NCBI RefSeq assembly: GCF_006345805.1
Contig: NC_043003.1
Location: forward strand, 3,224,001-3,288,000
Origin: Octopus sinensis
Lineage: Eukaryota
Length of the DNA: 64,000 nucleotides
Reading direction: 5' to 3'
Under the pieces are notes generated by a model. The model worked only from the letters and a program-made list of their open reading frames with translations. It did no database searches and had not been told where the DNA came from. How positions within the stretch are numbered: the stretch's first letter is position 1; every line of letters starts with the position of its first letter. The position numbers and the translations under genes were made by a program. This document shows positions 13,301 through 28,718 of the stretch, one piece after another.

Positions 13301-16300
13301 CCCTACCCACTGCTACAACCACCCACCACTACCAAAACCACAATCCCCTACACCACTGCTACCAACCACCACCACTACCAAAACCACAATCCCCTACACC
13401 ACTGCTACAACCACCACCACTACCAAAACCACAATCCCCTACACCACTGCTACCACACCCACTGCTGCTGTCACAAACCACCATTGCAACCGCCGCCACC
13501 ACCACCAAAACCACAATCCCCTACACCACTGCTACAACCACCACCACTACCAAAACCATAATCCCCTACACCACTGCTACAACCACCACCACTACCAAAA
13601 CCACAATCCCCTACACCACTGCTACCACCACCACTGCTGCTGTCACAACCACCATTGCAACCGCCGCCACCACCACCAAAACCACAATCCCCTACACCAC
13701 TGCTACAACCACCACCACTACCAAAACCACAATCCCCTACACCACTGCTACCACCACCACCACTACCAAAACCACAATCCCCTACACCACTGCTACAACC
13801 ACCACCAAAACCACAATCCCCTACACCACTGCTACCACCACCACTGCTGCTGTCACAACCACCATTGCAACCGCCGCCACCACCACCGAAACCACAATCC
13901 CTACACCACTGCTACAACCACCACCACTACCAAAACCACAATCCCCCTACACCACTGCTACCACCACCATGCTGCTGTCAAACACCATTGCAACCGCCGC
14001 CACCACCACCAAAACCACAATCCCCTACACCACTGCTACAACCACCACCACTACCAAAACCACAATCCCCTACACCACTGCTACCACCACCACTGCTGCT
14101 GTCACAACCACCATTGCAACCGCCGCCACCACCACCAAAACCACAATCCCCTACACCACTGCTACAACCACCACCACTACCAAAACCACAATCCCCTACA
14201 CCACTGCTACCACCACCACTGCTGCTGTCACAACCACCATCGCAACCGCCGCCACCACCACCAAAACCACAATCCCCTACACCACTGCTACCACCACCAC
14301 CACTACCAAAACCACAATCCCCTACACCACTGCTACCACCACCACCACTACCAAAACCACAATCCCCTACACCACTGCTACAACCACCACCACTACCAAA
14401 ACCACAATCCCCTACACCACTGCTACTACCACCACTGCTGCTGTCACAACCACCATTGCAACCGCCGCCACCACCACCAAAACCACAATCCCCTACACCA
14501 CTGCTACAACCACCACCACTACCAAAACCACAATCCCCTACACCACTGCTACCACCACCACTGCTGCTGTCACAACCACCATCGCAACCGCCGCCACCAC
14601 CACCAAAACCACAATCCCTACACCACTGCTACCACCACCACCACTACCAAAACCACAATCCCCTACACCACTGCTACCACCACCACTGCTGCTGTCACAA
14701 CCACCATTGCAACCGCCGCCACCACCACCAAAACCACAATCCCCTACACCACTGCTACAACCACCACCACTACCAAAACCACAATCCCCTACACCACTGC
14801 TACCACCACCACTGCTGCTGTCACAACCACCATTGCAACCGCCGCCACCACCACCAAAACCACAATCCCCTACACCACTGCTACAACCACCACCACTACC
14901 AAAACCACAATCCCCTACACCACTGCTACCACCACCACTGCTGCTGTCACAACCACCATTGCAACCGCCGCCACCACCACCAAAACCACAATCCCCTACA
15001 CCACTGCTACAACCACCACCACTACCAAAACCACAATCCCCTACACCACTGCCACCACCCCCCCCCACTGCTGCTGTCACAACCACCATTGCAAAACCGC
15101 CCACCCACACCACCAAAACCACAATCCCCTACACCACNNNNNNNNNNNNNNNNNNNNNNNNNNNNNNNNNNNNNNNNNNNNNNNNNNNNNNNNNNNNNNN
15201 NNNNNNNNNNNNNNNNNNNNNNNNNNNNNNNNNNNNNCATCGCAACCGCCGCCCCCCACCACCAAAACCACACAATCCCCTACACCACTGCTACAACCAC
15301 CACCACTACCAAAACCACAATCCCCTACACCACTGCTACCCACACCACCACTACCAAAACCACAATCCCCTACCACACTGCTACAACCACCACCACTACC
15401 AAACCACAATCCCCTACACCACTGCTACCACCCCACTGCTGCTGTCACAACCACCATTGCAACCTCGCGCCACCACCACCAAAACCACAATCCCCTACAC
15501 CACTGCTACAACCACCACCACTACCAAAACCACAATCCCCTACACCCACTGCTACCACCACCACTGCTGCTGTCACAACCACCATTGCAACCGCCGCCAC
15601 CACCACCAAAACCACAATCCCCTACACCACTGCTACAACCACCACCACTACCAAAACCACAATCCCCTACACCACTGCTACAACCACCACCACTACCAAA
15701 ACCACAATCCCCTACACCCCTGCTACAACCACCACCCCTACCAAAACACAATCCCCTACACCACTGCTACCCCACCACTGCTGCTGTCAACACCACCATT
15801 GCAACCGCCGCCACCACCACCAAAACCACAATCCCCTACACCACTGCTACCACCACCACTGCTGCTGTCACAACCACCATTGCAAACCGCCGCCACCACC
15901 ACACAAAACCACAATCCCCTACACCACTGCTACAACCACCACCACTACCAAAACCACAATCCCCTTACACCACTGCTACACCACCACCACTACCAAAACC
16001 ACAATCCCCTACCCCACTGCTACAATCACAACCACTACCAAAACCACAATCCCCTACACCACTGCTACCACCACCACTGCTGCTGTCACAACCACCATTG
16101 CAACCGCCGCCACCACCACCAACACCACAATCCCCTCCACCACTGCTACAACCACCCACACTACCAAACCACAATCCCCTACACCACTGCTACCACCACC
16201 ACTGCTGCTGTCACACCACCATTGCAACCGCCGCCACCACCACCAAAACCACAATCCCCTACACCACTGCTAGAACCACCCCCCACTCCAAAACCACAAT

Positions 16301-19300
16301 CCCCTACCCCCCTGCTACCACCACCACTGCTGCTGTCACAACCACCATCGCAACCCCCGCCCCCACCACCACACAAAACCACAATCCCCTACACCACTGC
16401 TACAACCACCACCACTACCAAAACCACAATCCCCTACACCACTGCTACAACGACCACCCCTACCAAAACCACAATCCCCCCACCACTGCTACCACCACCA
16501 CCTGCTGCTGTCACAACCCCATTGCACACCGCCGCCACCACCACCAAAACCACAATCCCCTACACCACTGCTACAACCACCACCACTTCCCCCACCCCAC
16601 AATCCCCTACACCACTGCTACCCACCCCTGCTGCTGTCACAACCACCATTGCAACCGCCGCCACCCCACCAAACCACAATCCCCTACAACACTGCTACAA
16701 CCACCACCCCTACCAAAACCACAATCCCCACACCCTGCTACCACCACCACTGCTGCTGTCACAACCACCATTGCAACCCGCGCCACCACCACCAAAACCA
16801 CCCCTCCCCTACACCACTGCTGCTAACCACCACCACTACCAAAACCACAATCCCCTACCACCACTGCTACCACCCCACCACTACCAACACCACAATCCCC
16901 TACACCACTGCTACCACCACCACTGCTGCTGTCACAACCACCATTGCAACCGCCGCCACCACCACCACCAAAACCACAATCCCCTACACCACTGCTACAA
17001 AACACCACCATACCAAAACCACAATCCCCTACACCACTGCTACCACCACCACTGCTGCTGTCACAACCACCATCGCAACCGCCGCCACCACCCCCAAAAC
17101 CACAATCCCCTACACCACTGTACCACCACCACCACTACCAAAACCACAATCCCCTACACCACTGCTACCACCACCACTGCTGCTGTCACAAACCATTTGC
17201 AACCGCCGCCACCACCACCCAAAACCACAATCCCCTACACCCTGCTACAAACCACCACCACTACCAAAACCACAATCCCCTACACCACTGCTACCACCAC
17301 CACCACTACCAACCCCACAATCCCCTACACCCACTGCTACACCACCACCACTACCAAAACCACAATCCCCTACACCACTGCTACCACCACCACTGCTGCT
17401 GTCACAACCACCATTGCAACCGCCGCCACCACCACCACCAAAACCACAATCCCCTACACCACTGCTACAACCACCACCACTACAAAAACCACAATCCCCT
17501 TAACCCTGCTACCACCCCACTGCTGCGTCACAACACCATTGCAAACCGCCGCCACCCCACCAAAACCCACATCCCCTACCCCACTGCTACCACCACCACT
17601 GCTGCTGTCACAACCCCCATTGCAACCGCCGCCACCCCACCAAACCCACAACCCCTACCCCACTGCTACCAACCACCACCACATACCAAACCACACATCC
17701 CCTCCACACTGCTACCCCCACCACTGCTGCTGTCACAACCACCATTGCAACCGCCGCCACCACCACCAAAACCCCAATCCCCTACCACCACTGCTACCAC
17801 CACCATGCTGCTGTCACAACCACCATTGCAACCGCCCCCCCCACCACCAAAACCACAATCCCCTACACCACTGCTACAACCACCACCACTCCCCCAAAAC
17901 CACAATCCCCTACACCACTGCTACCACCACAACTGCTGCTGGCACACCCACATTGCAACCGCCGCCACCACCACCCAACACCCCCCCCTACCCCACTGCT
18001 ACCACCACCACTGCTGCTGTCACAACCACCATTGCAACCGCCGCCACCACACCCCAAAACCACAATCCCCTACCCCCCCTGCTACAACCACCACCACTAC
18101 CAAAACCACAATCCCCTACACCACTGCTCCCCCACCACTGCTGCTGTCACAACCACCATTGCAACCGCCGCACCACCACCAAAACCCACATCCCCTACAC
18201 CACTGCTACAACCCCACCACTACCAAAAACCCAATCCCCTACCCCACTGCTCCCACCACCACCACTACCAAAACCACAATCCCCTACACACTGCTACAAC
18301 CACCACTGCTGCTGTCCCAACCCCCATTGCACCGCCGCCACCACCCCCAAAAACCACAATCCCCTACACCACTGCTACCACCACCACTGCTGCTGTCACA
18401 AACCACCATTGCAACCGCCGCCACCCACACCAAAACCCAATCCCCTACACCCCTGCTACAACCACCACCACTCCCAAAACCACAATCCCCTACACCACTG
18501 CTACCACCACCACCACTACCAAAACCACAATCCCCTACACCACTGCTACCACCACCACTGCTGCTGTCACCACCACCATTGCAACCCCCGCCACCACCAC
18601 CAAAACCACAATCCCCTACACCACTGCTACAAACCACCACCACTACTACCAAAACCACAATCCCCTACACCACTGCTACCAACACCACTGCTGCTTGTCA
18701 CAACCACCATTGCAACGCCGCCACCACCACCACCAAAACCACAATCCCCTACACCACTGCTACAACACCACCACTACCAAAACCACAATCCCCTACACAC
18801 CACTGCTACCACCACCACTGCTGCTGTCACAACCACCATCACCGCAACCGCCGCCACCACCACCAAAACCACAATCCCCTACACCCTGCTACCCACACCA
18901 CCACTACCAAACCACAATCCCCTACAACCACTGCTAACCACCACCACCACTACCAAAACCACAATCCCCTACACCACACTGCTACAACCACCACCACTAC
19001 CAAAACCACAATCCCCTACACCACTGCTACTACCACCACTGCTGCTGTCACAACCACCATTGCACGCCGCTCCACCACCACACCAAAACCACAATCCCCT
19101 ACACCACTGCTACAACCACCACCACTACCAAAACCACAATCCCCTACACCACTGCTACCACCACCACTGCTGCTGTCACAACCACCATCGCAACCGCCGC
19201 CACCACCACCAAAACCACAATCCCCTACACCACTGCTACCACCACCACCACTACCAAAACCACAATCCCCTACACCACTGCTACCACCACCACTGCTGCT

Positions 19301-22300
19301 GTCACAACCACCATTGCAACCGCCGCCACCACCACCAAAACCACAATCCCCTACACCACTGCTACAACCACCACCACTACCAAAACCACAATCCCCTACA
19401 CCACTGCTACCACCACCACTGCTGCTGTCACAACCACCATTGCAACCGCCGCCACCACCACCAAAACCACAATCCCCTACACCACTGCTACAACCACCAC
19501 CACTACCAAAACCACATCCCCTACACCACTGCTACCACCACCACTGCTGCTGTCACAACCACCATTGCAACCGCCGCCACCACCACCAAACCACAATCCC
19601 CTACACCACTGCTACAACCACCACCACTACCAAAACCACAATCCCCTCACCACTGCTACCACCACCACTGCTGCTGTCACAACCACCATTGCAACCGCCG
19701 CCACCACCACCAAAACCACAATCCCCTACACCACTGCTACTGCTACAACCCCCACCACTACCAAAACCACAATCCCCTACACCACTGATACCACCACCAC
19801 TGCTGCTGTCACAATCACCATTGCAACCGCCGCCACCACCACCAAAACCACAATCCCCTACACCACTGCTACAACCACCACACTACCAAAACCACAATCC
19901 CCTACACCACTGCTACCACCACCACCACCACCAACCAAAACCACAATCCCCTACACCACTGCTACAAACCACCACCAACCACAATCCCCCTACACCACTG
20001 CTACACCACCACTGCTGCTGTCACAACCACCATTGCAACCGCCGCCACCACCACACCGAAACCACAATCCCCTACACCACTGCTACAACACCACCACCAC
20101 TACCAAAACCACAATCCCCTACACCACTGCTACCACCACCACTGCTGCTGTCACAACCACCATTGCAACCGCCGCCCACCACCACACAACCACAATCCCC
20201 CTACACCACTGCTACAACCACCACCACTACCAAAACCACAATCCCCTACACCACTGCTACCACCACCACTGCTGCTGTCACAACCACCATTGCAACCGCC
20301 GCCACCACCACCAAAACCACAATCCCCTACACCACTGCTACAACCACCACCACTACCAAAACCACAATCCCCTACACCACTGCTACCACCACCACTACTG
20401 CTGCTGTCACAACCACCATCGCAACCGCCGCCACCACCACCAAAACCACAATCCCCTACACCACTGCTACAACCACCACCACTACCAAAACCACAATCCC
20501 CTACACCACTGCTACCACCACCACCACTACCAAAACCACAATCCCCTACACCACTGCTACAACCACCACCACTACCAAAACCACAATCCCCTACACCACT
20601 GCTACTACCACCACTGCTGCTGTCACCCCCATTGCAACCGCCGCCACCACCACCAAAACCACAATCCCCTACACCACTGCTACAACCACCACCACCACTC
20701 AAAACCACAATCCCCTACACCACTGCTACCACCACCACTGCTGCTGTCACACACCACCATCGCAACCGCCGCCACCACCACCAAAACCACAATCCCCTAC
20801 ACCACTGCTACCACCACCACCACCACTACCAAAACCACAATCCCCTACCCCACACTGCTACCACCACCACTGCTGCTGTCACAACCACCATTGCAACCGC
20901 CGCCGCCACCACCACCAAAACCACAATCCCCTACACCACTGCTACAACCACCACCACTACCAAAACCACAATCCCCTACACCACTGCTACCACCACCACT
21001 GCTGCTGTCACAACCACCATTGCAACCGCCGCCACCACCACCAAAACCACAATCCCCTACACCACTGCTACAACCACCACCACTACCACTACCAAAACCA
21101 CAATCCCCTACACCACTGCTACCACCACCACTGCTGCTGTCACAACCACCATTGCAACCGCCGCCACCACCACCAAAACCACAATCCCCTACACCACTGC
21201 TACAACCACCACCACTACCAAAACCACAATCCCCTACACCACTGCTACCAACCACCACTGCTGCTGTCACAACCACCATTGCAAACCGCCGCCACCACCA
21301 CCAAAACCACAATCCCCTACACCACTGCTACAACCACCACCACTACCAAAACCACAATCCCCTACACCACTGATACCACCACACCTGCTGCTGCTGTCAC
21401 AATCACCATTGCAACCGCCGCCACCACCACCAAAACCACAATCCCCTACACCACTGCTACAACCACCACCACTACCAAAACCACAATCCCCCTACACCAC
21501 TGCTACCACCACCACTGCTGCTGTCACAACCACCATTGCAACCGCCGCCAACCACCACCAAAACCACAATCCCCTACCCACTGCTACAACCACCACCACT
21601 ACCAAAACCACAATCCCCTACACCACTGCTACCACCACCACTGCTGCTGCGTCACAACCACCATTGCAACCGCCGCCACCACCACCAAAACCACAATCCC
21701 CTACACCACTGCTACAACCACCACCACTACCAAAACCACAATCCCCTACACCACTGCTACCACCACCACTCTGCTAACCACCACCACTGCTGCTGTCACA
21801 ACCACCATTGCAACCGCCGCCACCACCACCAAAACCACAATCCCATACACCACTGCTACAACCACACCACAAAACCACCACCACTACCAAAACACAATCC
21901 CCTACACCACTGCTACCACCACCACTGCTGCTGTCACAACCACCATTGCAACCGCCGCCCACCACCACCAAACCACAATCCCCTACACCACTGCTACAAC
22001 CACCACCACTACCAAAACCACAATCCCCTACACCACTGCTACCACCACCACTGCTGCTGTCACAACCACCATTGCAACCGCCACCACCACCACCAAACCA
22101 CAATCCCCTACACCACTGCTACAACCACCACCACTACCAAAACCACAATCCCCTACAACTGCTACCACCACCACTGCTGCTGTCACAACCACCATTGCAA
22201 CCGCCGCCACCACCACCCCACCAAAACCACAATCCCCTACACCACTGCTACAACCACCACTGCTGCTGTCACAACCACCATCCAACAACGCCGCCACCAC

Positions 22301-25300
22301 CACCAAAACCACAATCCCCTACACCACTGCTACAACAACCACCACCACTACCAAAACCACAATCCCCTACACCACTGCTACAACACCCCACCACTACCAA
22401 AACCACAATCCCCTACACCACTGCTACAACCACCACCACCACAAAACCACAATCCCCTACACCACTGCTACAAACCAACCACTGCTGCTGTCACAACACC
22501 ACCATTGCAACCGCCGCCACCACCACCAAAACCAGAATCCCCTACACCACTGCTCACAACCACCACCACTACCAAAACCACAATCCCCTACACCACTGCT
22601 ACCACCACCACTGCTGCTGTCACAACCACCATTGCAACCGCCGCCACCACCACCAAAACCACAATCCCCTACACCACTGCTACAACCACCACCACTACCA
22701 AAACCACAATCCCCTACACCACTGCTACCACCACCACTGCTGCTGTCACAACCACCATTGCAACCGCCGCCACCACCACCAAACCACAATCCCCTACACC
22801 ACTGCTACAACCACCACCACTACCAAAACCACAATCCCCTAACACCACTGCTACCACCACCACTGCTGCTGTCACAACCACCATTGCAACCGCCGCCACC
22901 ACCACCAAAACCACAATCCCCTACACCCACTGCTACCAACACCACCACTGCTGCTGTCACAACCACCATTGCAACCGCCGCCACCACCACCAAAACCACA
23001 ATCCCCTACACCACTGCTACAACACCACCACCACCAAAACCACAATCCCCTACACCACTGCTACCACCACCACCACCACCACCAAAACCACAATCCCCTA
23101 CACCACTGCTACCACCACCACTGCTGCTGTCACAACCACCATCGCAACCGCCGCCACCAACCCACCAAAACCACAATCCCCTACACCACTGCTACAACCA
23201 CCACCACTACCAAAACCACAATCCCCTACACCACTGCTACCACCACCACTGCTGCTGTCACAACCACCATTGCCACCGCCGCCACCACCACCAAAACCAC
23301 AATCCCCTACACCACTGCTACACCACACACCACCACTGCTGCTGTCACAACCACCATTGCAACGCCGCCACCACCAACACCAAAACCACAATCCCCTACA
23401 CCACTGCTACAACCACCACCACCACCAAAACCACAATCCCCTACACCACTGCTACCACCACCCACTGCTGCTGTCACAACCACCATTGCAACCGCCGCCA
23501 CCACCACCACCAAAACCACAATCCCCTACACCACTGCTACAACCACCACCACCACCAAAACCACAATCCCCTACACCACTGCTACCACCACCACTGCTGC
23601 TGCTGTCACAACCACCATCGCAACCGCCGCCACCCCACCACCAAAACCACAATCCCCTACACCACTGCTACAACCACCACCACTACCAAAACCACAATCC
23701 CTACACCACTGCTACCACCACCACCCACTGCTGCTGTCACAACCACCATTGCAACCGCCCCGCCACCACCACCAAACCACAATCCCCTACACCACTGCTA
23801 CAACACCCCCACCACCACCAAAACCACAATCCCCTAAACCACTGCTACCACCAACCACTGCTGCTGTCACAACCACCATTGCAACCGCCGCCACCACCAC
23901 CAAAACCACAATCCCCTACACCACTGCTACAACCACCACCACTACCAAAACCACAATCCCCTACACCACTGCTACAACCACCACCACTACCAAAACCACA
24001 ATCCCCTACACCACTGCTACCACCACCACTGCTGCTGTCACAACCACCATTGCAACCGCCGCCCACCACCACCAAAACCACAATCCCCTACACCACTGCT
24101 ACCACCACCACCACTACCAAAACCACAATCCCCTACACCCACTGCTACCACCACCACCACTACCAAAACCACAATCCCCTACACCACTGCTACCACCACC
24201 ACTGCTGCTGTCACAACCCACCATTGCAACCCCGCCGCCACCACCACCAAAACCACAATCCCCTACACACCACTGCTACAAACCACCACCACCACCAAAA
24301 CCACAATCCCCTACACCACTGCTACCACCACCACTGCTCTGTCACAACCACCATTGCAACCGCCGCCACCACCACCAAAACCACAATCCCCTACACCACT
24401 GCTACAACCACCACCACTACCAAAACCACATCCCCTACACCACTGACCACCACCACCCCACTGCGCTGTCACAACCACCATTGCAACCGCCGCCACCACC
24501 ACCAAAACCACAATCCCCTACACCCACTGCTACAACCACCACCACCACCAAAACCACAATCCCCTACACCACTGCTACCACCACCACTGCTGCTGTCACA
24601 ACCACCATTGCAACCGCCGCCACCACCACCAAAACCACAATCCCCTACACCACTGCTACAACCCCACCACTACCAAAACCACAATCCCCTACACCACTGC
24701 TACCACCACCACTGCTGCTGTCACAACCACCATTGCAACCGCCGCCACCACCACCAAAACCACAATCCCCCTACACCACTGCTACAAACAACCACCACCA
24801 CTACCAAAACCACAATCCCCTACACCACTGCTACCACCACCACCACCACTACCAAAACCACAATCCCCTACACCACTGCTACAACCACCACCACCACTAC
24901 CAAAACCACAATCCCCTACACCACTGCTACAACCACCACCACTACCAAAACCACAATCCCCTACACCACTGCTACCACCACCACTGCTGCTGTCACAACC
25001 ACCATTGCAAACCCCGCCCACCACCACCAAAACCACAATCCCCTACACCACTGCTACAACCACCACCACTACCAAAACCACAATCCCTACACCACTGCTA
25101 CCACCACCACCACTGCTGCTGTCACAACCACCATTGCAACCGCCGCCACCACCACCCAAACCCACAATCCCCTACACCACTGCTACAACACCACACCACC
25201 AAAACCACAATCCCCTACACACCACTACACCACTGCTACCCCCACCACTGCTGCTGTCACAACCACCATTGCAACCGCCGCCACCACCACCAAAACACAA

Positions 25301-26250
25301 TCCCCTACACCACTGCTACAACCACCACCACTACCAAAACCACAATCCCCTACACCACTGCTACCAACCACCACTTGCTGCTGTCACAACCACCATTGCA
25401 ACCGCCGCCACCACCACCAAAACCACAATCCCCTACACCACTGCTACAACCACCACCACTACCAAAACCACAATCCCCTACACCACTGCTACCACCACCA
25501 CCACTGCTGCTGTCACACCACCATTGCAACCGCCGCCACCACCACCAAAACCACAATCCCCTACACCACTGCTACAACCACCACCACTACCAAAACCACA
25601 ATCCCCTACACCACTGCTACCACCACCACTGCTGCTGTCACAACCACCATTGCAACCGCCGCCACCACCACCAAAACCACAATCCCCTACACCACTGCTA
25701 CAACCACCACCACTACCAAAACCACAATCCCCTACACCACTGCTACCACCACCACTGCTGCTGTCACAACCACCATTGCAACCGCCGCCACCACCACCAA
25801 AACCACAATCCCCTACACCACTGCTACCACCACCACCACTACCAAAACCACAATCCCCTACACCACTGCTACCACCACCACTGCTGCTGTCACAACCACC
25901 ATTGCAACTGCCGCCACCACCACCAAAACCACAATCCCCTACACCACTGCTACAACCACCACCACTACCAAAACCACAATCCCCTACACACTGCTACCAC
26001 CACCACTGCTGCTGTCACAACCACCATTGCAACCGCCGCCACCACCACCAAAACCACAATCCCCTACACCACTGCTACAACCCCACCACTACCAAAACCA
26101 CAATCTCCTACACTACTGCTACCACCACCACCACTGCTGCTGTCACAACCACCATCGCAACTGCCGCCACCACCACCACCAAAACCATAATACCCAACAC
26201 TACTGCTGCTACCACCACCACCACTGTCGCCATCGCTACCACCACCATTG
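10303..26250. repeat. ~16 kb ACC-rich compound minisatellite (81-bp unit A + 45-bp unit B), mucin-like in one + frame
   Basis: A encodes KTTIPYTTATTTTAAVTTTIATAATTT and B encodes KTTIPYTTATTTTTT; order AB/ABB/ABBB. Frequent 1-bp indels resemble long-read consensus errors. Confidence 0.97.
15138..15237. other. Assembly gap (100 N)
   Basis: Run of n in the sequence; the true array length is unknown. Confidence 1.
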
Positions 26251-26386
26251 TCATTGATTTCTTTCTCGTGTTTGCGTTACTTACAGTGCAGAACATTGAT
26301 CTTTGTCAATAAAGAAGGATCAAGTTCAGTCATGAAATGTCCAAACGTGGACATCTCCACACAAACCACACTCATTCGTGTTCGTA

Positions 26387-26547
26387 TGCAGGAGTGGCTG
26401 TGTGGTAAGTAACTTGCTTACCAACCACATGGTTCCAGGTTCAGTCTCACTGTGTGGCACCTTGGGCAAGTGGCTTCTACTATAGCCTCGGGCTGACCAA
26501 AGCCTTGTGAGTGGATTTGGTGGACGGAAACTGAAAGAAGCCTGTCG

Positions 26548-26581
<34 letters not shown>

Positions 26582-26634
26582 ATATACATACATATATATA
26601 TATATACATATATATATAATATATATATACATAC

Positions 26635-26666
<32 letters not shown>

Positions 26667-26888
26667 TATACATACATATATATATATACATACATATAAT
26701 ATACATAATATCAATATATATATATACATATATATAATATATATATACATATATATATACATATTATATATATATACATCATACATATATATATATACAT
26801 ACATATATATATATATACATACATATATATATATATACATACATATATATATATATACATACATATATATATACATACATATATATAT

Positions 26889-26965
<77 letters not shown>
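26387..26965 (+). mobile_element. Family A SINE 5' half followed by expanded (TA)/(TACA) microsatellite
   Basis: gcaggagtggctgtgtggtaag...ctgaaagaagcctgtcg then TA tract. Confidence 0.88.
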
Positions 26966-26970
<5 letters not shown>

Positions 26971-27324
26971 TCTTCGCTTGCATATTTGAGTTTGCTGGCA
27001 CTGTTAGTTTCGAGCAGATCTTCAGAAGCGATAAGAAGCCGAAAGGGTATGCTCCCACTTTCAGTGTTTTCAAATCCAAACCAAGGAGTTCTGAGCTGAT
27101 GCTAGAAATGTCGAGTTGACTAATCTTGAAACGTACGTTCTCAAATAACCTTTGCATTTGATTTTTTAATGTCTTTACCCCCATACTTTCGTGAGTTGAA
27201 TTGAGCAAACACTATATGAGAGAGGTTTCCTTTAAGTATTAGAAATAGTTTTAAAAAAGTTTTTTTAGCTACTATTTCTAATGAGTTCAGTTTGCGGCAA
27301 AGTAATTTATTTTACTAAGCCCTT

Positions 27325-27325
27325 T

Positions 27326-27363
<38 letters not shown>

Positions 27364-27369
27364 ATATAT

Positions 27370-27409
<40 letters not shown>

Positions 27410-27776
27410 TAATATATATATATATATATATACACATATATATATATATATATTATACACATATATATATATAATACACATATATATATATATATATACA
27501 ACATATATATATATATATAGATATATACACATATATATATATATTATATTATATATACACATATATATATATATATTATATAACACATTATATAATAATA
27601 TATATAATATAACACAATAATATATATATATATACACATATATATATATATAGATATAATATACACATATTATATATATATATATATACACATATATATA
27701 TAATATATATATATATATACACATATATATATATATATATATACACATTATATTATATATATATATATATATACAC

Positions 27777-27826
<50 letters not shown>

Positions 27827-27977
27827 TATACACATATATATATATATATATATACACATATATAATATATATATATACAACATATATATAATATATATAC
27901 ACATATATAGAATATATATATATATAACATATAATATATATATATATACACAATATATATATATATATATATTACAC

Positions 27978-28010
<33 letters not shown>

Positions 28011-28340
28011 TATATATATATATATATACAAATATATATTATATATTATATATATATATATATATACACATATATATATATATATATATACACTATATAT
28101 ATAACATATATATATATATATATAACAATATATATATATACACATATATATATATATATATACATTATATATTATATATACCTATTATATATATATTATA
28201 TATACACATATATTATATATATATATATATATATAGATATATAAAATATATATATACATATATATATATATACATATATATATATACATACATATATAAT
28301 ATATATATATATATATATATCATATATATATACATACATA

Positions 28341-28374
<34 letters not shown>

Positions 28375-28420
28375 CAAATCATATATATATATATACAATC
28401 ATACATACATAGATATATAT

Positions 28421-28477
<57 letters not shown>

Positions 28478-28505
28478 TAGATATATATATATATATATAT
28501 ATTAT

Positions 28506-28550
<45 letters not shown>

Positions 28551-28564
28551 TATATATATATATC

Positions 28565-28597
<33 letters not shown>

Positions 28598-28718
28598 ATA
28601 TATATATATATACATACATACATATATATATATATACATATATATATACTATATATATCCTATATATATATATACATACATATATTATAATATACATACC
28701 TATATATATATATATAAT
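27325..28718. repeat. (TA)n-rich compound microsatellite
   Basis: Direct reading of the sequence. Confidence 0.97.

Noticed and set aside
10230-26312. Giant ORFs (up to 2893 aa) rich in His/Pro/Thr
   Set aside because: They are different frames of an A/C-rich tandem repeat that cannot form stops; frames swap at indels and read through an N gap. Not called as CDS.
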